A stretch of DNA of 64,000 bases from an uncultured Chloroflexia bacterium (GTDB lineage Bacteria > Chloroflexota > Limnocylindria > Limnocylindrales > CSP1-4). The notes beneath the pieces are model-generated. The model searched no databases. It was not told the DNA's origin and saw only the letters and a list, made by a program, of their open reading frames with translations. The stretch is taken from the NCBI GenBank assembly GCA_963828165.1, contig CAWHDR010000001.1, positions 1,248,001 to 1,312,000 of the forward strand. Direction: 5' to 3'. Each line of letters starts with the position of its first letter. The stretch's first letter is position 1. A program made the translations under genes and the position numbers. Positions 42,092-57,046 of this stretch are shown here, piece by piece.

Positions 42092-43000
42092 ATGACGTCG
42101 ACGCGAGCGCTCCTCGACGAGGGTGTCGACCGCCTGCGAGCGCTCGGCTTCGAGACCCCGCGACTGGATACCGAGCTGTTGCTGGCGCATGCGATCGGCG
42201 TCGAGCGCACGGCCGTCGTGGCCCACGGCGATGCACCCGTGGGGGCGGACGCCGAGGCCGCGTTCAGGGCATCCCTTGCCCGCCGTGCCGACGGGGAACC
42301 GGTCGCCTACATCCGCGGCATCAAGGAGTTCCACGGCATCGCGCTGGCCGTCGACAAGCGGGCGCTCATCCCTCGACCCGAGACCGAGCACGTCGTGGAC
42401 CTCGTCCTGGCGGAAGTCATGGCCCGGCTCACGGCTCGGGCCGGGGCGGGAACGACGGAGCCCCTGCGGATCGTCGATGTCGGAACGGGGAGTGGCGCCA
42501 TCGCGATCGCCCTGGCCGTTGGCTTGCGCGCCCGGCGGGTGCCCGTGGACGAGGTCGCGATCGTGGCCGTGGATGTGTCGGCCGACGCACTCGATCTCGC
42601 CCGCGAGAACGCCGTGGGCCACGCCGTGGGCGATCGCGTGACGTTCGAGGAGGCCGACCTCCTGCCGCCGACGTCGTCGGCCGCGCCGTGGGACGTCGTG
42701 GCGGCGAACCTGCCGTACGTCCGCTCCGGTGCGATGGCCTCGCTCCCGACGCCGACCACGTTCGAGCCCGCGGCGGCGCTTGATGGCGGACCCGACGGGC
42801 TGGCGGTGATCGCGCGCCTGCTGGACGAGCTGCCCGACGGCCTCGCCCGGGACGGGGTCGCATTCCTGGAGATCGGTGCGGACCAGGGAGAAGCGATCGT
42901 CGCGCTGGCCGGCCAGCGACTGGCGGGCTGGACATGCCGGGTCGAAACGGACCTTGCAGGTCTCCCGCGCACGGCGGTACTGCGTCGGCCGGCGGCATGA
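42092..43000 (+). CDS. prmC: Release factor glutamine methyltransferase PrmC/HemK
   Basis: GEPVAYI, LIPRPETE, DVGTGSG, NLPY and ALDGGPDGL. Confidence 0.95.
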   Translation: MTSTRALLDEGVDRLRALGFETPRLDTELLLAHAIGVERTAVVAHGDAPVGADAEAAFRASLARRADGEPVAYIRGIKEFHGIALAVDKRALIPRPETEHVVDLVLAEVMARLTARAGAGTTEPLRIVDVGTGSGAIAIALAVGLRARRVPVDEVAIVAVDVSADALDLARENAVGHAVGDRVTFEEADLLPPTSSAAPWDVVAANLPYVRSGAMASLPTPTTFEPAAALDGGPDGLAVIARLLDELPDGLARDGVAFLEIGADQGEAIVALAGQRLAGWTCRVETDLAGLPRTAVLRRPAA

Positions 43001-43920
43001 CGGAGCTCGTCGCCACGGCGCCCGCTCCCGAGTTCCCGATCCGCCTGATCGCGCTGGACATCGACGGGACCTTGATCGGCGACGAACACGAGATCGGCCC
43101 TCGAACGGTGGCGGCGGTCCGAGCGGCCATGCAGCGCGACGTCGCGGTCTCGCTGATCACCGGCCGGATGGTGTCGTCGGCGCTGCGGTTCGCCCGGGAG
43201 CTGGACCTGACCGGACCGCTGGTCGGCTACCAGGGCGGTCTGATCCGGGCGATGCCCGATCCCGGATCGCGCCGGCTCGGAAAGCTGCTCCTGCACACGC
43301 CGCTCCAGCCCGATATCGCCCGGGAGATCATCGCGTGGACGCGCGACCATGGGATGGACCCGCACGTCAATCACCTCGAGCGGTTCATCCTGCGAGCGGA
43401 CGATCCGCGCGCCGACGACTACTCGGCGTTCATGGGCGCCAAGGCCGAGCTCGTGACCGACCTGCTGACCGCGATCGACCATCCAGTCACGAAGGTATTG
43501 GCCGTCGGGGAGCCACCGATCCCGATCGAGGTCGCCCCCGTCGCCCGCGGGCACTTCGCCGGGCGGGCCGACGTGACGATCTCGCACCCCCGGTTCCTGG
43601 AATTCGTGGCGCCAGGCGTCTCGAAGGGCCGCGCCGTGCGTTGGCTCGCCAGGCGACTGCGCATCCCGCTCGGGGCGACCCTGGCAATCGGCGATCAATG
43701 GAACGACCTCGAGATGCTTGCCGAGGTCGGACATGGCGCAGCGATGCCGACGGCGCCCGCGGGTGTGCGCGCGGCGGCGCGCTACGTCGCGCCCCCGCTC
43801 GAGGACGAGGGCGCGGCGCAGGTCATCGAGCAGCTGGTCCTCGCGGACCCAGCCGACGTGCTTGCGGCGTCGCAGCGGCTGGCTGCCGAGGCCGGGGAGC
43901 GGCGGAGGCGATCCGCGTGA
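42997..43920 (+). CDS. Cof-type HAD-IIB hydrolase
   Basis: DIDGTL, TGR, SKG and GDQWND.EM. Confidence 0.93.
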   Translation: MTELVATAPAPEFPIRLIALDIDGTLIGDEHEIGPRTVAAVRAAMQRDVAVSLITGRMVSSALRFARELDLTGPLVGYQGGLIRAMPDPGSRRLGKLLLHTPLQPDIAREIIAWTRDHGMDPHVNHLERFILRADDPRADDYSAFMGAKAELVTDLLTAIDHPVTKVLAVGEPPIPIEVAPVARGHFAGRADVTISHPRFLEFVAPGVSKGRAVRWLARRLRIPLGATLAIGDQWNDLEMLAEVGHGAAMPTAPAGVRAAARYVAPPLEDEGAAQVIEQLVLADPADVLAASQRLAAEAGERRRRSA

Positions 43921-44564
43921 CAGCGCGGGTCGTCGCGGACGATGCAGAGGGTCGTGCCGTCGCTGTGGGCGTCCTGCGTGAAGGCGGCGTCGTCGCCATT
44001 CCCACCGACACGGTCTATGGCATCGCCGTCTCCCTGGCCACGCCGGGCGGGATCGAGCGGCTCTACCGCGTCAAGGAGCGTCCGCCGGACAAGGCCGTGA
44101 TGTTGCTGCTCGACGACGTGTCGCAGGCGGCCCGGGCCGGGCGCATCACGCCGGCGGCGGCCGTCCTTGCCGCCGCGTTCTGGCCGGGTGGCCTGACGCT
44201 CATCGTCCCGCAACGCCCCGACGTCCCGTGGCCCGCCGTCCTGACGGGCGGGAGCGCCACGATCGGCCTGCGCGTGCCCGACCACGACGCCCCGCGGACA
44301 CTCGCCCGCAGCGTGGGACCGCTGCCCACGACGTCGGCAAACCGCTCGGGCGTCCCGGAGGCGACCGACGCTGCGGGCATCGTCGCGCAGCTCGGCGAAG
44401 CGATCGACCTCGTGCTCGATGGTGGCCCGGCCCGGGGCGGACTCGCATCGACGATCGTCGACTGCTCGGGGGCGCGGCCGACGATCGTCCGGGCCGGCGC
44501 GATCCCGCCGGAATCGGTCGCCGAGGTCCTCGCCCGCGCCGGCATCGACCTCGCCGTGGGGTGA
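43917..44564 (+). CDS. tsaC: L-threonylcarbamoyladenylate synthase (Sua5/YrdC domain)
   Basis: PTDTVYG, KERP..K, WPGGLT, TSAN.SG and STIVD. Confidence 0.93.
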   Translation: MTARVVADDAEGRAVAVGVLREGGVVAIPTDTVYGIAVSLATPGGIERLYRVKERPPDKAVMLLLDDVSQAARAGRITPAAAVLAAAFWPGGLTLIVPQRPDVPWPAVLTGGSATIGLRVPDHDAPRTLARSVGPLPTTSANRSGVPEATDAAGIVAQLGEAIDLVLDGGPARGGLASTIVDCSGARPTIVRAGAIPPESVAEVLARAGIDLAVG

Positions 44565-44653
44565 CTCGTTCGTGGGAAGATAGGCCGCGAGCGTGCCGGC
44601 GAGGGGAGCGTCGATACGGGGCGCACGTCCGGGCAGGGAAGGAGTCGGCTGTC

Positions 44654-45982
44654 ATGACCATCTCCGAGACGCGCGGGCTCGGGCTCGAGTCGATCGCTGA
44701 CGTGGATCCTGTGCTGTGGGAGGCGATGCAGGGCGAGCGCCGCCGCCAGCACGACAACATCGAGCTCATCGCGAGTGAGAACTACGTGTCCGCTGCGGTC
44801 ATGGAAGCCCAGGGCAGCTGGCTGACCAACAAGTACGCGGAGGGCCTGCCCGGAAAGCGCTATTACGGCGGCTGCGAATTCGTCGACGTCGCCGAGCAGC
44901 TGGCGCAGGAACGGGCCCTCGCGCTCTATCCCGGGTCCGAGCACGTCAACGTCCAGCCGCACTCAGGTGCGCAGGCGAACATGGCCGCCTACTTCAGCGT
45001 CCTCCGTCCCGGCGACCGCATCCTGGGCATGAACCTGGCCCACGGCGGTCACCTGACGCACGGCATGGCCCTCAATTTCAGCGGCAAGCTGTACGAGGTC
45101 TCGGCCTACGGGGTGCGGCAGGACACCGAGCTGATCGACTACGACGCGCTCGAGGTGACGGCCAAGGAAGCACGTCCCAAGCTCATCGTGGCCGGCGCCA
45201 GCGCCTACCCCCGCCTGTGGGATTTCGAGCGGATGGCTGCCATCGCCCACGGCGTCGGAGCGCTGCTGTTCGTCGACATGGCCCATGTCGCGGGACTCGT
45301 CGCCGCCGGGGTGCACCCGAGTCCCTTCCCGCACGCCGACATCGTGACGACGACGACCCACAAGACCCTGCGTGGACCACGCGGCGGTCTGATCTTCGCC
45401 CGACATGAGCTCCCCGAGGGGATCGATCCGGCCGACTTCCCGGCGCTCAAGGGCTCGCTCGGTGCGGCGGTGGACAAGACCGTCTTCCCGGGCGTGCAGG
45501 GCGGACCGTTGATGCATGTGATCGCCGGCAAGGCGGTCGCGCTCAAGCTGGCGGCCGAAGAGCCGTTCCGGGAGGCCCAGCGGCGCACGGTCAGCAACGC
45601 CGCGGTCCTGGCGCAGACGCTTGCCGATCAGGGTGCCCGGGTCGTCTCGGGTGGGACGGACAATCACCTGATGCTCGTCGACGTGACCCCCTTGGGCGTG
45701 ACCGGCAAGGAAGCCGAGCACCTGCTCGACGAGATCGGGATCACGGTCAACAAGAACGGCATCCCGTTCGACCCGCTGCCGCCCAACACGGCGTCGGGCA
45801 TCCGTCTGGGCACGCCGGCCACGACGTCTCGTGGCTTCGGCGAAGACGAGATGCGTGCCGTCGGTAGGATCATCATCGAAGCGATCACCGCCCGTGACGA
45901 CGACGCCGTCCAGCGCCGGCTGGCCTCGGAGGTGGCCGGGATCGTGGCGCGCTTCCCGGTCCCGGGGCTGCCGGCCGCGTGA
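44654..45982 (+). CDS. glyA: Serine hydroxymethyltransferase
   Basis: [34 protein letters not shown] and FPG.QGGP; SD AAGGAG. Confidence 0.99.
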   Translation: MTISETRGLGLESIADVDPVLWEAMQGERRRQHDNIELIASENYVSAAVMEAQGSWLTNKYAEGLPGKRYYGGCEFVDVAEQLAQERALALYPGSEHVNVQPHSGAQANMAAYFSVLRPGDRILGMNLAHGGHLTHGMALNFSGKLYEVSAYGVRQDTELIDYDALEVTAKEARPKLIVAGASAYPRLWDFERMAAIAHGVGALLFVDMAHVAGLVAAGVHPSPFPHADIVTTTTHKTLRGPRGGLIFARHELPEGIDPADFPALKGSLGAAVDKTVFPGVQGGPLMHVIAGKAVALKLAAEEPFREAQRRTVSNAAVLAQTLADQGARVVSGGTDNHLMLVDVTPLGVTGKEAEHLLDEIGITVNKNGIPFDPLPPNTASGIRLGTPATTSRGFGEDEMRAVGRIIIEAITARDDDAVQRRLASEVAGIVARFPVPGLPAA

Positions 45983-47181
45983 TCACGGCCGCGACACGGG
46001 ACGGCGTACGGTTCATCGAGGAGGTCGGGTCCAGCATCGGTCCGATCCTGGCGGTATTCGCCGTCGCCGCGCTCCTCGCGGCGATCCTGACGCCGCTCAT
46101 CCGGCGGGTCGTGCTGCGACACCGGATCGTCGACCGCCCCAACGCCCGCCGGGTGAACACGCGTCCCATCCCGCGTGCCGGCGGCCTGGCGATCGCGGCC
46201 GCGTTCCTGATCGTGGCCGGCGGGTTCGTGCTGCTCAACCAGCGCGCCGGCTGGGTCCCGACGCCGTTGAACCTCGGATCCTCGGATTTCCTCGCGCTGT
46301 TCCTGGGTGGCGCGGCCGCCGCGGCGCTCGGCGGCGTCGACGACCTGTTCAACCTCCGCGCTCGCTGGCAGCTGGCGGGTCAGGTCGGGCTGGCGCTCCT
46401 CGCAGTGGCCCTTGGGATCGGGATCACCGTGATCAACAACCCGTTCGCCGACGCGCCGATGCGGTTCATCGAGCCCTTTTCGGTGGGGTTCACGGTCTTC
46501 TGGATCGTCGGCATGATGAACAGCATCAACTGGATCGACGGGCTCGACGGCCTGTCCACCGGGATCGCGCTGATCGCCTGCGTGACCCTCGGGCTCATCA
46601 GCCTCACGACGCAGGTCAGCCAGCCGCTCATCGCCGTCCTGTGTTTCGCCCTCGCCGGAGCTCTGGCGGGCTTCCTGCGCTGGAACTTCCATCCGGCCAA
46701 GATCTTCAGCGGAACCAGCGGCGTCCAATTCGTGGGCTACACGCTCGCGGTGCTGTCGATCCTCGGTTCGGCCAAAGTGGCGGTGGCGCTGCTCGTGCTC
46801 GGCGTCCCGATCATCGACACGTTCTGGATCATCGTCGGGCGCGTGAGCCGGGGCGCCTCGCCGTTCGCGCCGGATCGATCGCACATCCATCACCGGCTGC
46901 TCGATTTCGGCTTGTCCCACCGCAACACGGTGCTCGCGATCTACGGGATCTGCGCCGCGCTCGGGGTCCTCGCGCTGCTCGTTTCGGAAGTCACGACGCT
47001 GTACGCATTCCTCGGCGTGTTCATCGTGTCGGGGTTGATCCTCTTCGCACCGACACGTGGCGCCTTCCGCCGGCCCGAGGAGCTCGAAGCCGAGGCGTAT
47101 GAGACGCCCGAACGAGACGCGACCCCCGAACGAGACGCGACCCCCGAACGAGGTGAGACCCCCGAACGAGGTGACCTCTAG
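45979..47181 (+). CDS. MraY/WecA/TagO family polyprenyl-phosphate HexNAc-1-P transferase
   Basis: [26 protein letters not shown] and [10 protein letters not shown]. Confidence 0.92.
   Translation: MITAATRDGVRFIEEVGSSIGPILAVFAVAALLAAILTPLIRRVVLRHRIVDRPNARRVNTRPIPRAGGLAIAAAFLIVAGGFVLLNQRAGWVPTPLNLGSSDFLALFLGGAAAAALGGVDDLFNLRARWQLAGQVGLALLAVALGIGITVINNPFADAPMRFIEPFSVGFTVFWIVGMMNSINWIDGLDGLSTGIALIACVTLGLISLTTQVSQPLIAVLCFALAGALAGFLRWNFHPAKIFSGTSGVQFVGYTLAVLSILGSAKVAVALLVLGVPIIDTFWIIVGRVSRGASPFAPDRSHIHHRLLDFGLSHRNTVLAIYGICAALGVLALLVSEVTTLYAFLGVFIVSGLILFAPTRGAFRRPEELEAEAYETPERDATPERDATPERGETPERGDL
47104..47175 (+). repeat. 18-bp tandem repeat x4 in the 3' end of the WecA-like gene
   Basis: ACGCCCGAACGAGACGCG, ACCCCCGAACGAGACGCG, ACCCCCGAACGAGGTGAG, ACCCCCGAACGAGGTGAC. 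Confidence 0.9.
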
Positions 47182-47228
47182 AGAGGGCCATTTTCGCCGC
47201 TGGGGCGGGTGCTAGCATCGCCGCCACC

Positions 47229-48095
47229 ATGGACCTGCCGATCCTCCTGGTCATCGCGGCGCTCGCCGTTCTGGCCGCGCTCGCCGTCTTCGTCCGGACC
47301 GATGGGACGTCCCAGGCGCATCGGCGCAACGTCCTCGAGGGTGCGGCGGGCATTCTCGATTCCTCGATCGCGATGTACCTGGTCCGTAAGGCGCTGGGGC
47401 GTCCGACGTCGACCAGGGCCGAGCGGGCCGCCGAGCGTGCTCGCCTCGCCGTCCTCGCCGAGATGGATCGCCGGCAAGCGGGCGCAACCGGGCCGGCCGC
47501 CGTGGCGCCGACGCGGCTCGTGGTCGCCGGTACCGCGGCGTCGCACTCGCCCCGCGACCTGCCGGATCGCCAGGCCCATCCGGTCGCCGCCGGCCCCGTG
47601 GTTCCGTCGTGGGCCGGACGTCCGACCCTGCCGCGCGAGGGCGTGGTCGCGCTCGCGGGTCTGGTCGTCGTGATGGTCGCGGCGTTCGCGATCTGGCCCC
47701 GAAATGCCGGCGGAGTGTTGTCGGCCACGGGTACGCCCGGGGAATCCAGCCCAGTGAACGCGGTGTCGCCTTCGACACCGATCTCCTCCCCGAGGCTGAC
47801 CGTGGAGCCGACGGCCACCGCCACCGCCACGCCGTCCCCGATGCCTACGCCCGAGCCGAGTCCGACGCCGACCCCGACCGCCACGCCCCGGCCCACGGCC
47901 CGCCCCACGCCTCGTCCGACGGCACGCCCGACGGCCAGGCCGACCGCGACTCCCACGCCGACCCCGGAGCCCACGCCCGAACCGACGCCGACGCCGACGC
48001 CCACGCCGACCCCTGCGCCCACGCCCGAACCGACACCGGCGCCAACGCCGACCCCCACGCCAGAGCTCAGCGTGTCACCGTCGTCAGCGCCCTGA
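47229..48095 (+). CDS. Hypothetical membrane protein with Pro/Thr-rich C-terminal tail
   Basis: Two hydrophobic segments followed by a (PT)n/TPEP/PTAR low-complexity tail. Confidence 0.7.
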   Translation: MDLPILLVIAALAVLAALAVFVRTDGTSQAHRRNVLEGAAGILDSSIAMYLVRKALGRPTSTRAERAAERARLAVLAEMDRRQAGATGPAAVAPTRLVVAGTAASHSPRDLPDRQAHPVAAGPVVPSWAGRPTLPREGVVALAGLVVVMVAAFAIWPRNAGGVLSATGTPGESSPVNAVSPSTPISSPRLTVEPTATATATPSPMPTPEPSPTPTPTATPRPTARPTPRPTARPTARPTATPTPTPEPTPEPTPTPTPTPTPAPTPEPTPAPTPTPTPELSVSPSSAP

Positions 48096-48174
48096 GCACC
48101 CCGGCCACGTCCGCGTGCCGGTGGCGGCCTCGCGCGCGCAGCTGCTACACTTCCGCTGCCTTGACAGGTCGCCC

Positions 48175-48396
48175 ATGATCGAGCCCGGCCGAGGGTTGGC
48201 TTATCTCGCCCTCTTCTCGGAGATCGGTCTCAGCCTCCTGGTGACGACCCTGATCGGCGTGCTTGCCGGCTACTGGGTCGACGGGCAACTCGGGACCCTC
48301 CCGATCTTTCTGATCATCGGCTTCTTCATCGGCGCCGGAGCCGGGACGTTGATGATCTACCGACTGGTCAGCAGGTTCCTCAAGACGATCGAATAG
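48175..48396 (+). CDS. AtpZ/AtpI family membrane protein
   Basis: G..GY.VD..LGT.P.F..IG...G pattern at the head of the atp operon. Confidence 0.85.
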   Translation: MIEPGRGLAYLALFSEIGLSLLVTTLIGVLAGYWVDGQLGTLPIFLIIGFFIGAGAGTLMIYRLVSRFLKTIE

Positions 48397-48463
48397 CCGG
48401 CCGATGCGGCTGGACGACGGAACGAGCGCGGCGACAGGCCGCGCTCCTGTGTGTGGAGGCAGC

Positions 48464-49501
48464 GTGTCGAGCGAGCAGGCCGCGACCGACCCGGTCGCGG
48501 AGCCGTCCGGAACGGCGCCGGCGCCCGAAGCGAAGTCGGGCCGCGGGCTGTCCTCCCGATGGTTCCTCCTGATCGGCGCCGTGATCGTCGTCGACATCCT
48601 TGCCTTCATGCTGTTCCCGCCGTTCCCGAAGGGTGGCGTCCCCGGCGAAGCCTGTTCGTTTCCCGTCTGCTTCATCGAGAGCACTTTGCACTTCCCGGCC
48701 CCGCACACGGTCATCGGCGCGCACCCGCCGGAGGGACTCGTCGTGTTCTCGCCCGGCATCAGCGACACCATCGTGACGATGTGGATCGTGATGGCGATCG
48801 TCCTCGGCGGGGCCATCCTCATGACCCGCGGCGGGAAGCTCGTGCCCGGGCGGGCGCAGAACATCTTCGAGGCGGTCTACGAAGGCCTGAGCGACTTCGG
48901 GGTCGGACTGGCTGGGCCCGCGGCTCGGCCATACATCCCGATCTTTGCCGCCTTCTTCCTGCTGATCCTGTTCAACAACTGGGTCGGCCTCGTGCCGTTC
49001 GTCGGCAGGGTCGATTTCCTGCGAGCGCCCTCCAGCGACGTGAACATCACCATCGGGCTGGCCCTGATCAGCTTCCTCATCTTCCACATCGAGGGCTTCC
49101 GTCACCTCGGTGCGGGCGGGTACCTCGGGAAGTTCTTCCCGATCTACGAGTTCAAGCACGGCATCGGCGCCGGGATCATCGCCATGTTCGTCGGCCTGAT
49201 CGAGCTCATGCTCGAGTTCGTGAAGCCGGTGACACTGTCGATGCGGTTGTTCGGCAATATCTACGGCGGCGAGGTCGCGCTCGGCGTGATCACCTCGCTG
49301 ACGATCGCGATCATCCCCGTGGGATTGATCGGACTGGAACTGATGCTCAACGCGATCCAGGCCCTCATCTTCAGTGTCCTGACCCTCATGTTCATCGTGC
49401 TCGCGATCGAGAGTCACCATGGGGAGGAAGGCCAGGTCGCCGAGGAAGCGCTCGACGCCGTCGATGGCCGGGAGCCATCCGGGCTACAGCCCGCTCACTG
49501 A
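48464..49501 (+). CDS. atpB: ATP synthase F0 subunit a
   Basis: NNW.GL.P, KPVTLSMRLFGN..GGE and IQA.IF..L; SD GGAGG before GTG 48464. Confidence 0.96.
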   Translation: MSSEQAATDPVAEPSGTAPAPEAKSGRGLSSRWFLLIGAVIVVDILAFMLFPPFPKGGVPGEACSFPVCFIESTLHFPAPHTVIGAHPPEGLVVFSPGISDTIVTMWIVMAIVLGGAILMTRGGKLVPGRAQNIFEAVYEGLSDFGVGLAGPAARPYIPIFAAFFLLILFNNWVGLVPFVGRVDFLRAPSSDVNITIGLALISFLIFHIEGFRHLGAGGYLGKFFPIYEFKHGIGAGIIAMFVGLIELMLEFVKPVTLSMRLFGNIYGGEVALGVITSLTIAIIPVGLIGLELMLNAIQALIFSVLTLMFIVLAIESHHGEEGQVAEEALDAVDGREPSGLQPAH

Positions 49502-49580
49502 CGCGCCGACACACGGCGCAACCAACCACGGTCCAATGAACCCGAGCGGACCGCTCGGGGAGTAGGAGGAACTGAACGAC

Positions 49581-49799
49581 ATGGAGTACATCGGCGCCGG
49601 ACTCGCTGCTCTCGGGGTGCTCGGCCCCGGCATCGGCATCGGCATCCTCGGCGGCCTGTCGGCCACGGCCATCGGTCGTAACCCCGACGCGGCCGGACAG
49701 ATCCGCGGTATCGCGATCATCCTCGCGGCCTTCGCCGAGGGCCTCGGCGTCCTCGCGATCGTCGTCGGCCTGCTCGCGATCTTCATCCAGCCCGCGTAG
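49581..49799 (+). CDS. atpE: ATP synthase F0 subunit c
   Basis: GxGxGxG helix, RNP loop and FAEGL carboxylate; no Na+-type Q..ES/T motif. Confidence 0.97.
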   Translation: MEYIGAGLAALGVLGPGIGIGILGGLSATAIGRNPDAAGQIRGIAIILAAFAEGLGVLAIVVGLLAIFIQPA

Positions 49800-49824
49800 T
49801 CGTCCCGGCACGGAGTAGGCAATC

Positions 49825-50397
49825 GTGGACATCCTGTCCGTCACGTCCGAGATCGGGCGTGAGGTCGTCCGCCTGACGACCGAGGCGGAAACCGGGCCGC
49901 TCTTCCAGGTGAACCTGTTCCAGGTCATCATCGCCGCGGCGAACTTCCTGCTGTTCCTCGCGATCATCTGGACGTTCGCGTTCAAGCCCGTCTCGAGGAT
50001 GCTCGCGGACCGCAAGGAGCGGATCGAGCAGGGCCTCAAGGACGCCGAGCAAGCCAGGAGCGATCGCGAGAACGCGGAGGCGGAGCGCGTCGCGACACTG
50101 GCGGAGGCGCGTCGCGAGTCGAACGAGATCCTGGCCCGCGCCCAGAAGGTCGCCCAGGAGACCCGTGACGCGGACATCGCCGCAACGAAGGAAGAGCTCG
50201 AGCGGCTGCGTGCCCGCGCTGCCGCCGACATCGAGGCGGAGAAGGTCCGGGCGATCACGGAAGTCCGTGCCGAGGTCGCCGACCTGGCCCTTCGGGCCGC
50301 CAGTAGCGTCGTCGGCGAGACGATGACCAGCGAACGGGAGCGTCGACTCGTCGATGAATTCCTGCGCAGCACGCCCACCGGTGGGTCGAACAACTGA
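49825..50397 (+). CDS. atpF: ATP synthase F0 subunit b
   Basis: NF.......FAFKP...L..RKERI followed by a coiled coil. Confidence 0.95.
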   Translation: MDILSVTSEIGREVVRLTTEAETGPLFQVNLFQVIIAAANFLLFLAIIWTFAFKPVSRMLADRKERIEQGLKDAEQARSDRENAEAERVATLAEARRESNEILARAQKVAQETRDADIAATKEELERLRARAAADIEAEKVRAITEVRAEVADLALRAASSVVGETMTSERERRLVDEFLRSTPTGGSNN

Positions 50398-50942
50398 TGG
50401 CACGTCGCAAGCCGGGCGCCCGCCGCTACGCCGAAGCCGCCTTCGAGGTGGCCCAGCGTGACGACACGATCGACGCCTGGCGCCGCGAGCTGGACAGTGC
50501 CGCCGCGATCGTCGCGGAGGAGCGGATCGGCCGTGCCCTCGCCAACCCGGCGATCCCCCTCGAGACACGGATCGCCACGGCGGGGGCGACGTTCGGCCCG
50601 ATGGTCGGGGCCAAGGTCCTCAACCTGATCGGCCTGATGCTCCGGCGCGGCCGGATCCAGGAGCTCCCGCGCCTCGCGGCGGAGTTCCGCCGCCTCGACG
50701 ACGAGCGCCGGGGGATCGCCCGCGCCACCGTCACCAGCACCCTGCCTCTCGAGCCCGACGAGGTGTCGGCGCTCAAGGAACGGCTCGCCGGTTCCACGGA
50801 CCGTCGCGTCGAGCTCGACCTCAAGGTCGATCCCAGCCTGTTGGGCGGACTCGTGGTTCGGCTCGGCGACCGTCTGGTCGACGGAAGCGTGCGAAGCCGC
50901 CTCGAGCGCCTGCGCAATCACCTCGTTTCGGGCGCCCTCTAG
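50397..50942 (+). CDS. atpH: ATP synthase F1 subunit delta
   Basis: ARRYAEA and [12 protein letters not shown]...DGS. Confidence 0.96.
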   Translation: MARRKPGARRYAEAAFEVAQRDDTIDAWRRELDSAAAIVAEERIGRALANPAIPLETRIATAGATFGPMVGAKVLNLIGLMLRRGRIQELPRLAAEFRRLDDERRGIARATVTSTLPLEPDEVSALKERLAGSTDRRVELDLKVDPSLLGGLVVRLGDRLVDGSVRSRLERLRNHLVSGAL

Positions 50943-50956
50943 GAGATCTGAGACCC

Positions 50957-52660
<1,704 letters not shown>

Positions 52661-52837
52661 CGACTGCGGCCGGCCGCACTGGCGGTCCAGGGCAAGGCGG
52701 AGCCGAGCACGTGAGCGAGCGCACCCTGTTGGGTCTGCCCGCTCGGAGGGTCGAGGCGACGCTCCTGCGCGCCATCGACCCGAGGATGGCGACAACGCCG
52801 CCATGGGCCGATCAGGGTGGTCGCCAGAGATCAAGGC

Positions 52838-55134
<2,297 letters not shown>

Positions 55135-55145
55135 GGGGCGTGATG

Positions 55146-55237
55146 GCGGGTCCTGTCACCGGGCGCCGCCCGGCCTCCGGTCGCTCCGGCGCCACGCCTA
55201 ACGCTCCCTCCGCCGGACGCCGCCCGGTGCCACCCGC
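55146..55237. repeat. 92-bp structured intergenic repeat, copy 1
   Basis: Aligns without gaps to 58059..58150 (about 73/92 identical by hand count) and has self-complementary ends. Confidence 0.85.
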
Positions 55238-55267
55238 TCGCCGGCCTCCGGCCCGGAGCGCGGTCTG

Positions 55268-55696
55268 ATGGCCATCCTGCTCGAGATCGTCACCCCGGAG
55301 CGTTTGGCCTACTCCGACGAGGTCGATTCCGTGGTGCTTCCCGGGTCCGAAGGGGAGATGGGTGTCCTGCCGCACCATGCGCCGCTCGTGTCGACGCTCG
55401 GGATCGGGGAGCTCCGGATCCGAAAGGGTGGGACCGAGGAGTCGTTCGCGATCGTCGGCGGGTTCGTTCAGGTTCGACCGGACAAGGTCGTCGTGATGGC
55501 GGAGACCGCCGACATGGCCAGCGAGATCGATCTCGAGAAGGCGCAGGAAGCCCGACGCGAGGCGGAGCGCGCGCTCGAATCGGGCTACCACGAAGCCGCC
55601 GACATGGCCGCAGCGCGGGCCGCCCTGCAGCAGGCGCTCCTGCGGATCCGTGTCGCCGAGCGACGCCACCGGGAGGGCCCGCGGCGCCGCGGGTAA
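55268..55696 (+). CDS. atpC: ATP synthase F1 subunit epsilon
   Basis: EIVTPE, GEMGVLPHHAP and GGFVQV. Confidence 0.97.
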   Translation: MAILLEIVTPERLAYSDEVDSVVLPGSEGEMGVLPHHAPLVSTLGIGELRIRKGGTEESFAIVGGFVQVRPDKVVVMAETADMASEIDLEKAQEARREAERALESGYHEAADMAAARAALQQALLRIRVAERRHREGPRRRG

Positions 55697-55699
55697 CCA

Positions 55700-57046
55700 G
55701 TGGCGGACGCAAGACCGTTCCACTGGGAGTACGTCCCGGAACCGGTCCAGCAGGAATTCTTCCGTATCGAGGGCGGTAAGCCCCTATCCGGGAGCGTCGC
55801 GATCAGTGGGGCGAAGAACGCCGCCCTCAAGATGCTCGCTGCGGCCACGCTGACCGGCGAGCGTTGCCGGTTCACGAACGTCCCGGAGATCGAGGACGTC
55901 CGCGTCATGGCCCAGACCCTGACGGAGCTGGGGGTCGTCGTCGAACAGCCCGAACCGAATGTGTACGAGGTCGCGGCCGGCGACGTCGAATGGCAGTTCG
56001 TGCCCCTCGAGGCGGCGGCCAAGATGCGCGCCTCATTCATGCTGCTCGGCCCGCTGCTGGCCCGCTGCGGCCGGGTCATCATCAGCAACCCGGGCGGCGA
56101 TCGGATCGGGCGGCGACCCGTCAACCTCCACGTCGAGGCGATGCGCACGCTCGGTGCCCAGATCGAGTACCGCAACGGCTACTACTTCGCCACGGCTCCC
56201 GGGCGGCTGCGTGGGGCGGAGATCCGCTTCCCGTTCGTGTCCGTCATGGGCACCGAGAATGCGATGCTCGCGGCCACCCTGGCCGACGGCCACACGGTCC
56301 TGCGACCCGCCGCCCAGGAGCCCGAGGTCGACGATCTGATCGCGTGCCTCCAGAAGATGGGCGCCGAGGTCGAGCGGACGTACCCAGACACCATCGAGAT
56401 CGAGGGCAAGAAGCGGCTGCGCGGCGCGGAGCACCGGGTCATCCCCGACCGCATCGAGGCCGGCACGTTCGTCGTGGCCGGTGCCGTGACCGGGGGCAAG
56501 ATCACGTTGACCGGCGCCCCATGCGAACACCTCGGTGCGTTCGTCGAGACCATGGGTCGCGCCGGGGTCGGCGTCTCCTGTGGCAAGGACACCATCGAGG
56601 TCGACGGGAGCGCCCTCGAGGCCGGGGGCTTCACCGCCGTGGATATCGAGACCGCGGCGTACCCAGGCCTGGCCACGGATCTCCAGCCCCCGACCTCCGT
56701 GTTGCTCACCCAGGCGAAGGGCACGTCACACGTTCGCGAGACCATCTTCGAAGACCGTCTCGAGTGGATGAGCGAGCTGCGCCGGATGGGCGCATCGATC
56801 GACATCAAGGACAGCCACACCGCCGTGATCAAGGGTCGAAAGCGTCTGCACGGCGCCGACGTCGAGATCGGCGACCTGCGCGCCGGCGCTTCCCTGATCC
56901 TCGCCGCGCTGGCCGCGAACGGCACGACCACGATCCACGGTGCACACCACGTTCACCGGGGCTATGAGAACATCGAAGGCAAGTTCCTGGACCTCGGCGC
57001 CAGGATCGAGCGCCTGGCAGAAGGGAACGACGCGTCCAGCTCATGA
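55700..57046 (+). CDS. murA: UDP-N-acetylglucosamine 1-carboxyvinyltransferase
   Basis: [44 protein letters not shown] and RGYE. Confidence 0.97.
   Translation: MADARPFHWEYVPEPVQQEFFRIEGGKPLSGSVAISGAKNAALKMLAAATLTGERCRFTNVPEIEDVRVMAQTLTELGVVVEQPEPNVYEVAAGDVEWQFVPLEAAAKMRASFMLLGPLLARCGRVIISNPGGDRIGRRPVNLHVEAMRTLGAQIEYRNGYYFATAPGRLRGAEIRFPFVSVMGTENAMLAATLADGHTVLRPAAQEPEVDDLIACLQKMGAEVERTYPDTIEIEGKKRLRGAEHRVIPDRIEAGTFVVAGAVTGGKITLTGAPCEHLGAFVETMGRAGVGVSCGKDTIEVDGSALEAGGFTAVDIETAAYPGLATDLQPPTSVLLTQAKGTSHVRETIFEDRLEWMSELRRMGASIDIKDSHTAVIKGRKRLHGADVEIGDLRAGASLILAALAANGTTTIHGAHHVHRGYENIEGKFLDLGARIERLAEGNDASSS

Noticed and set aside
42700-42722. PrmC NLPY instead of NPPY
   Set aside because: A variant I recall from other PrmC proteins; no sign of inactivation.
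44565-44653. Possible ZMP/ZTP riboswitch upstream of glyA
   Set aside because: Only GGGGAGCG and a GGGCA end resemble it. The GACUGGCG/CGCC pseudoknot is absent and the space is short.
47810-48065. Repetitive ACGCCGACC-type sequence as a CRISPR array or DNA repeat element
   Set aside because: Degenerate codon-level repeats encoding Pro/Thr, with no constant repeat-spacer structure and no cas genes.
49581-49799. Na+-coupled ATP synthase, given nearby cation antiporters
   Set aside because: The c subunit lacks the Gln and Ser/Thr Na+ ligands (FAEGL), consistent with H+ coupling.
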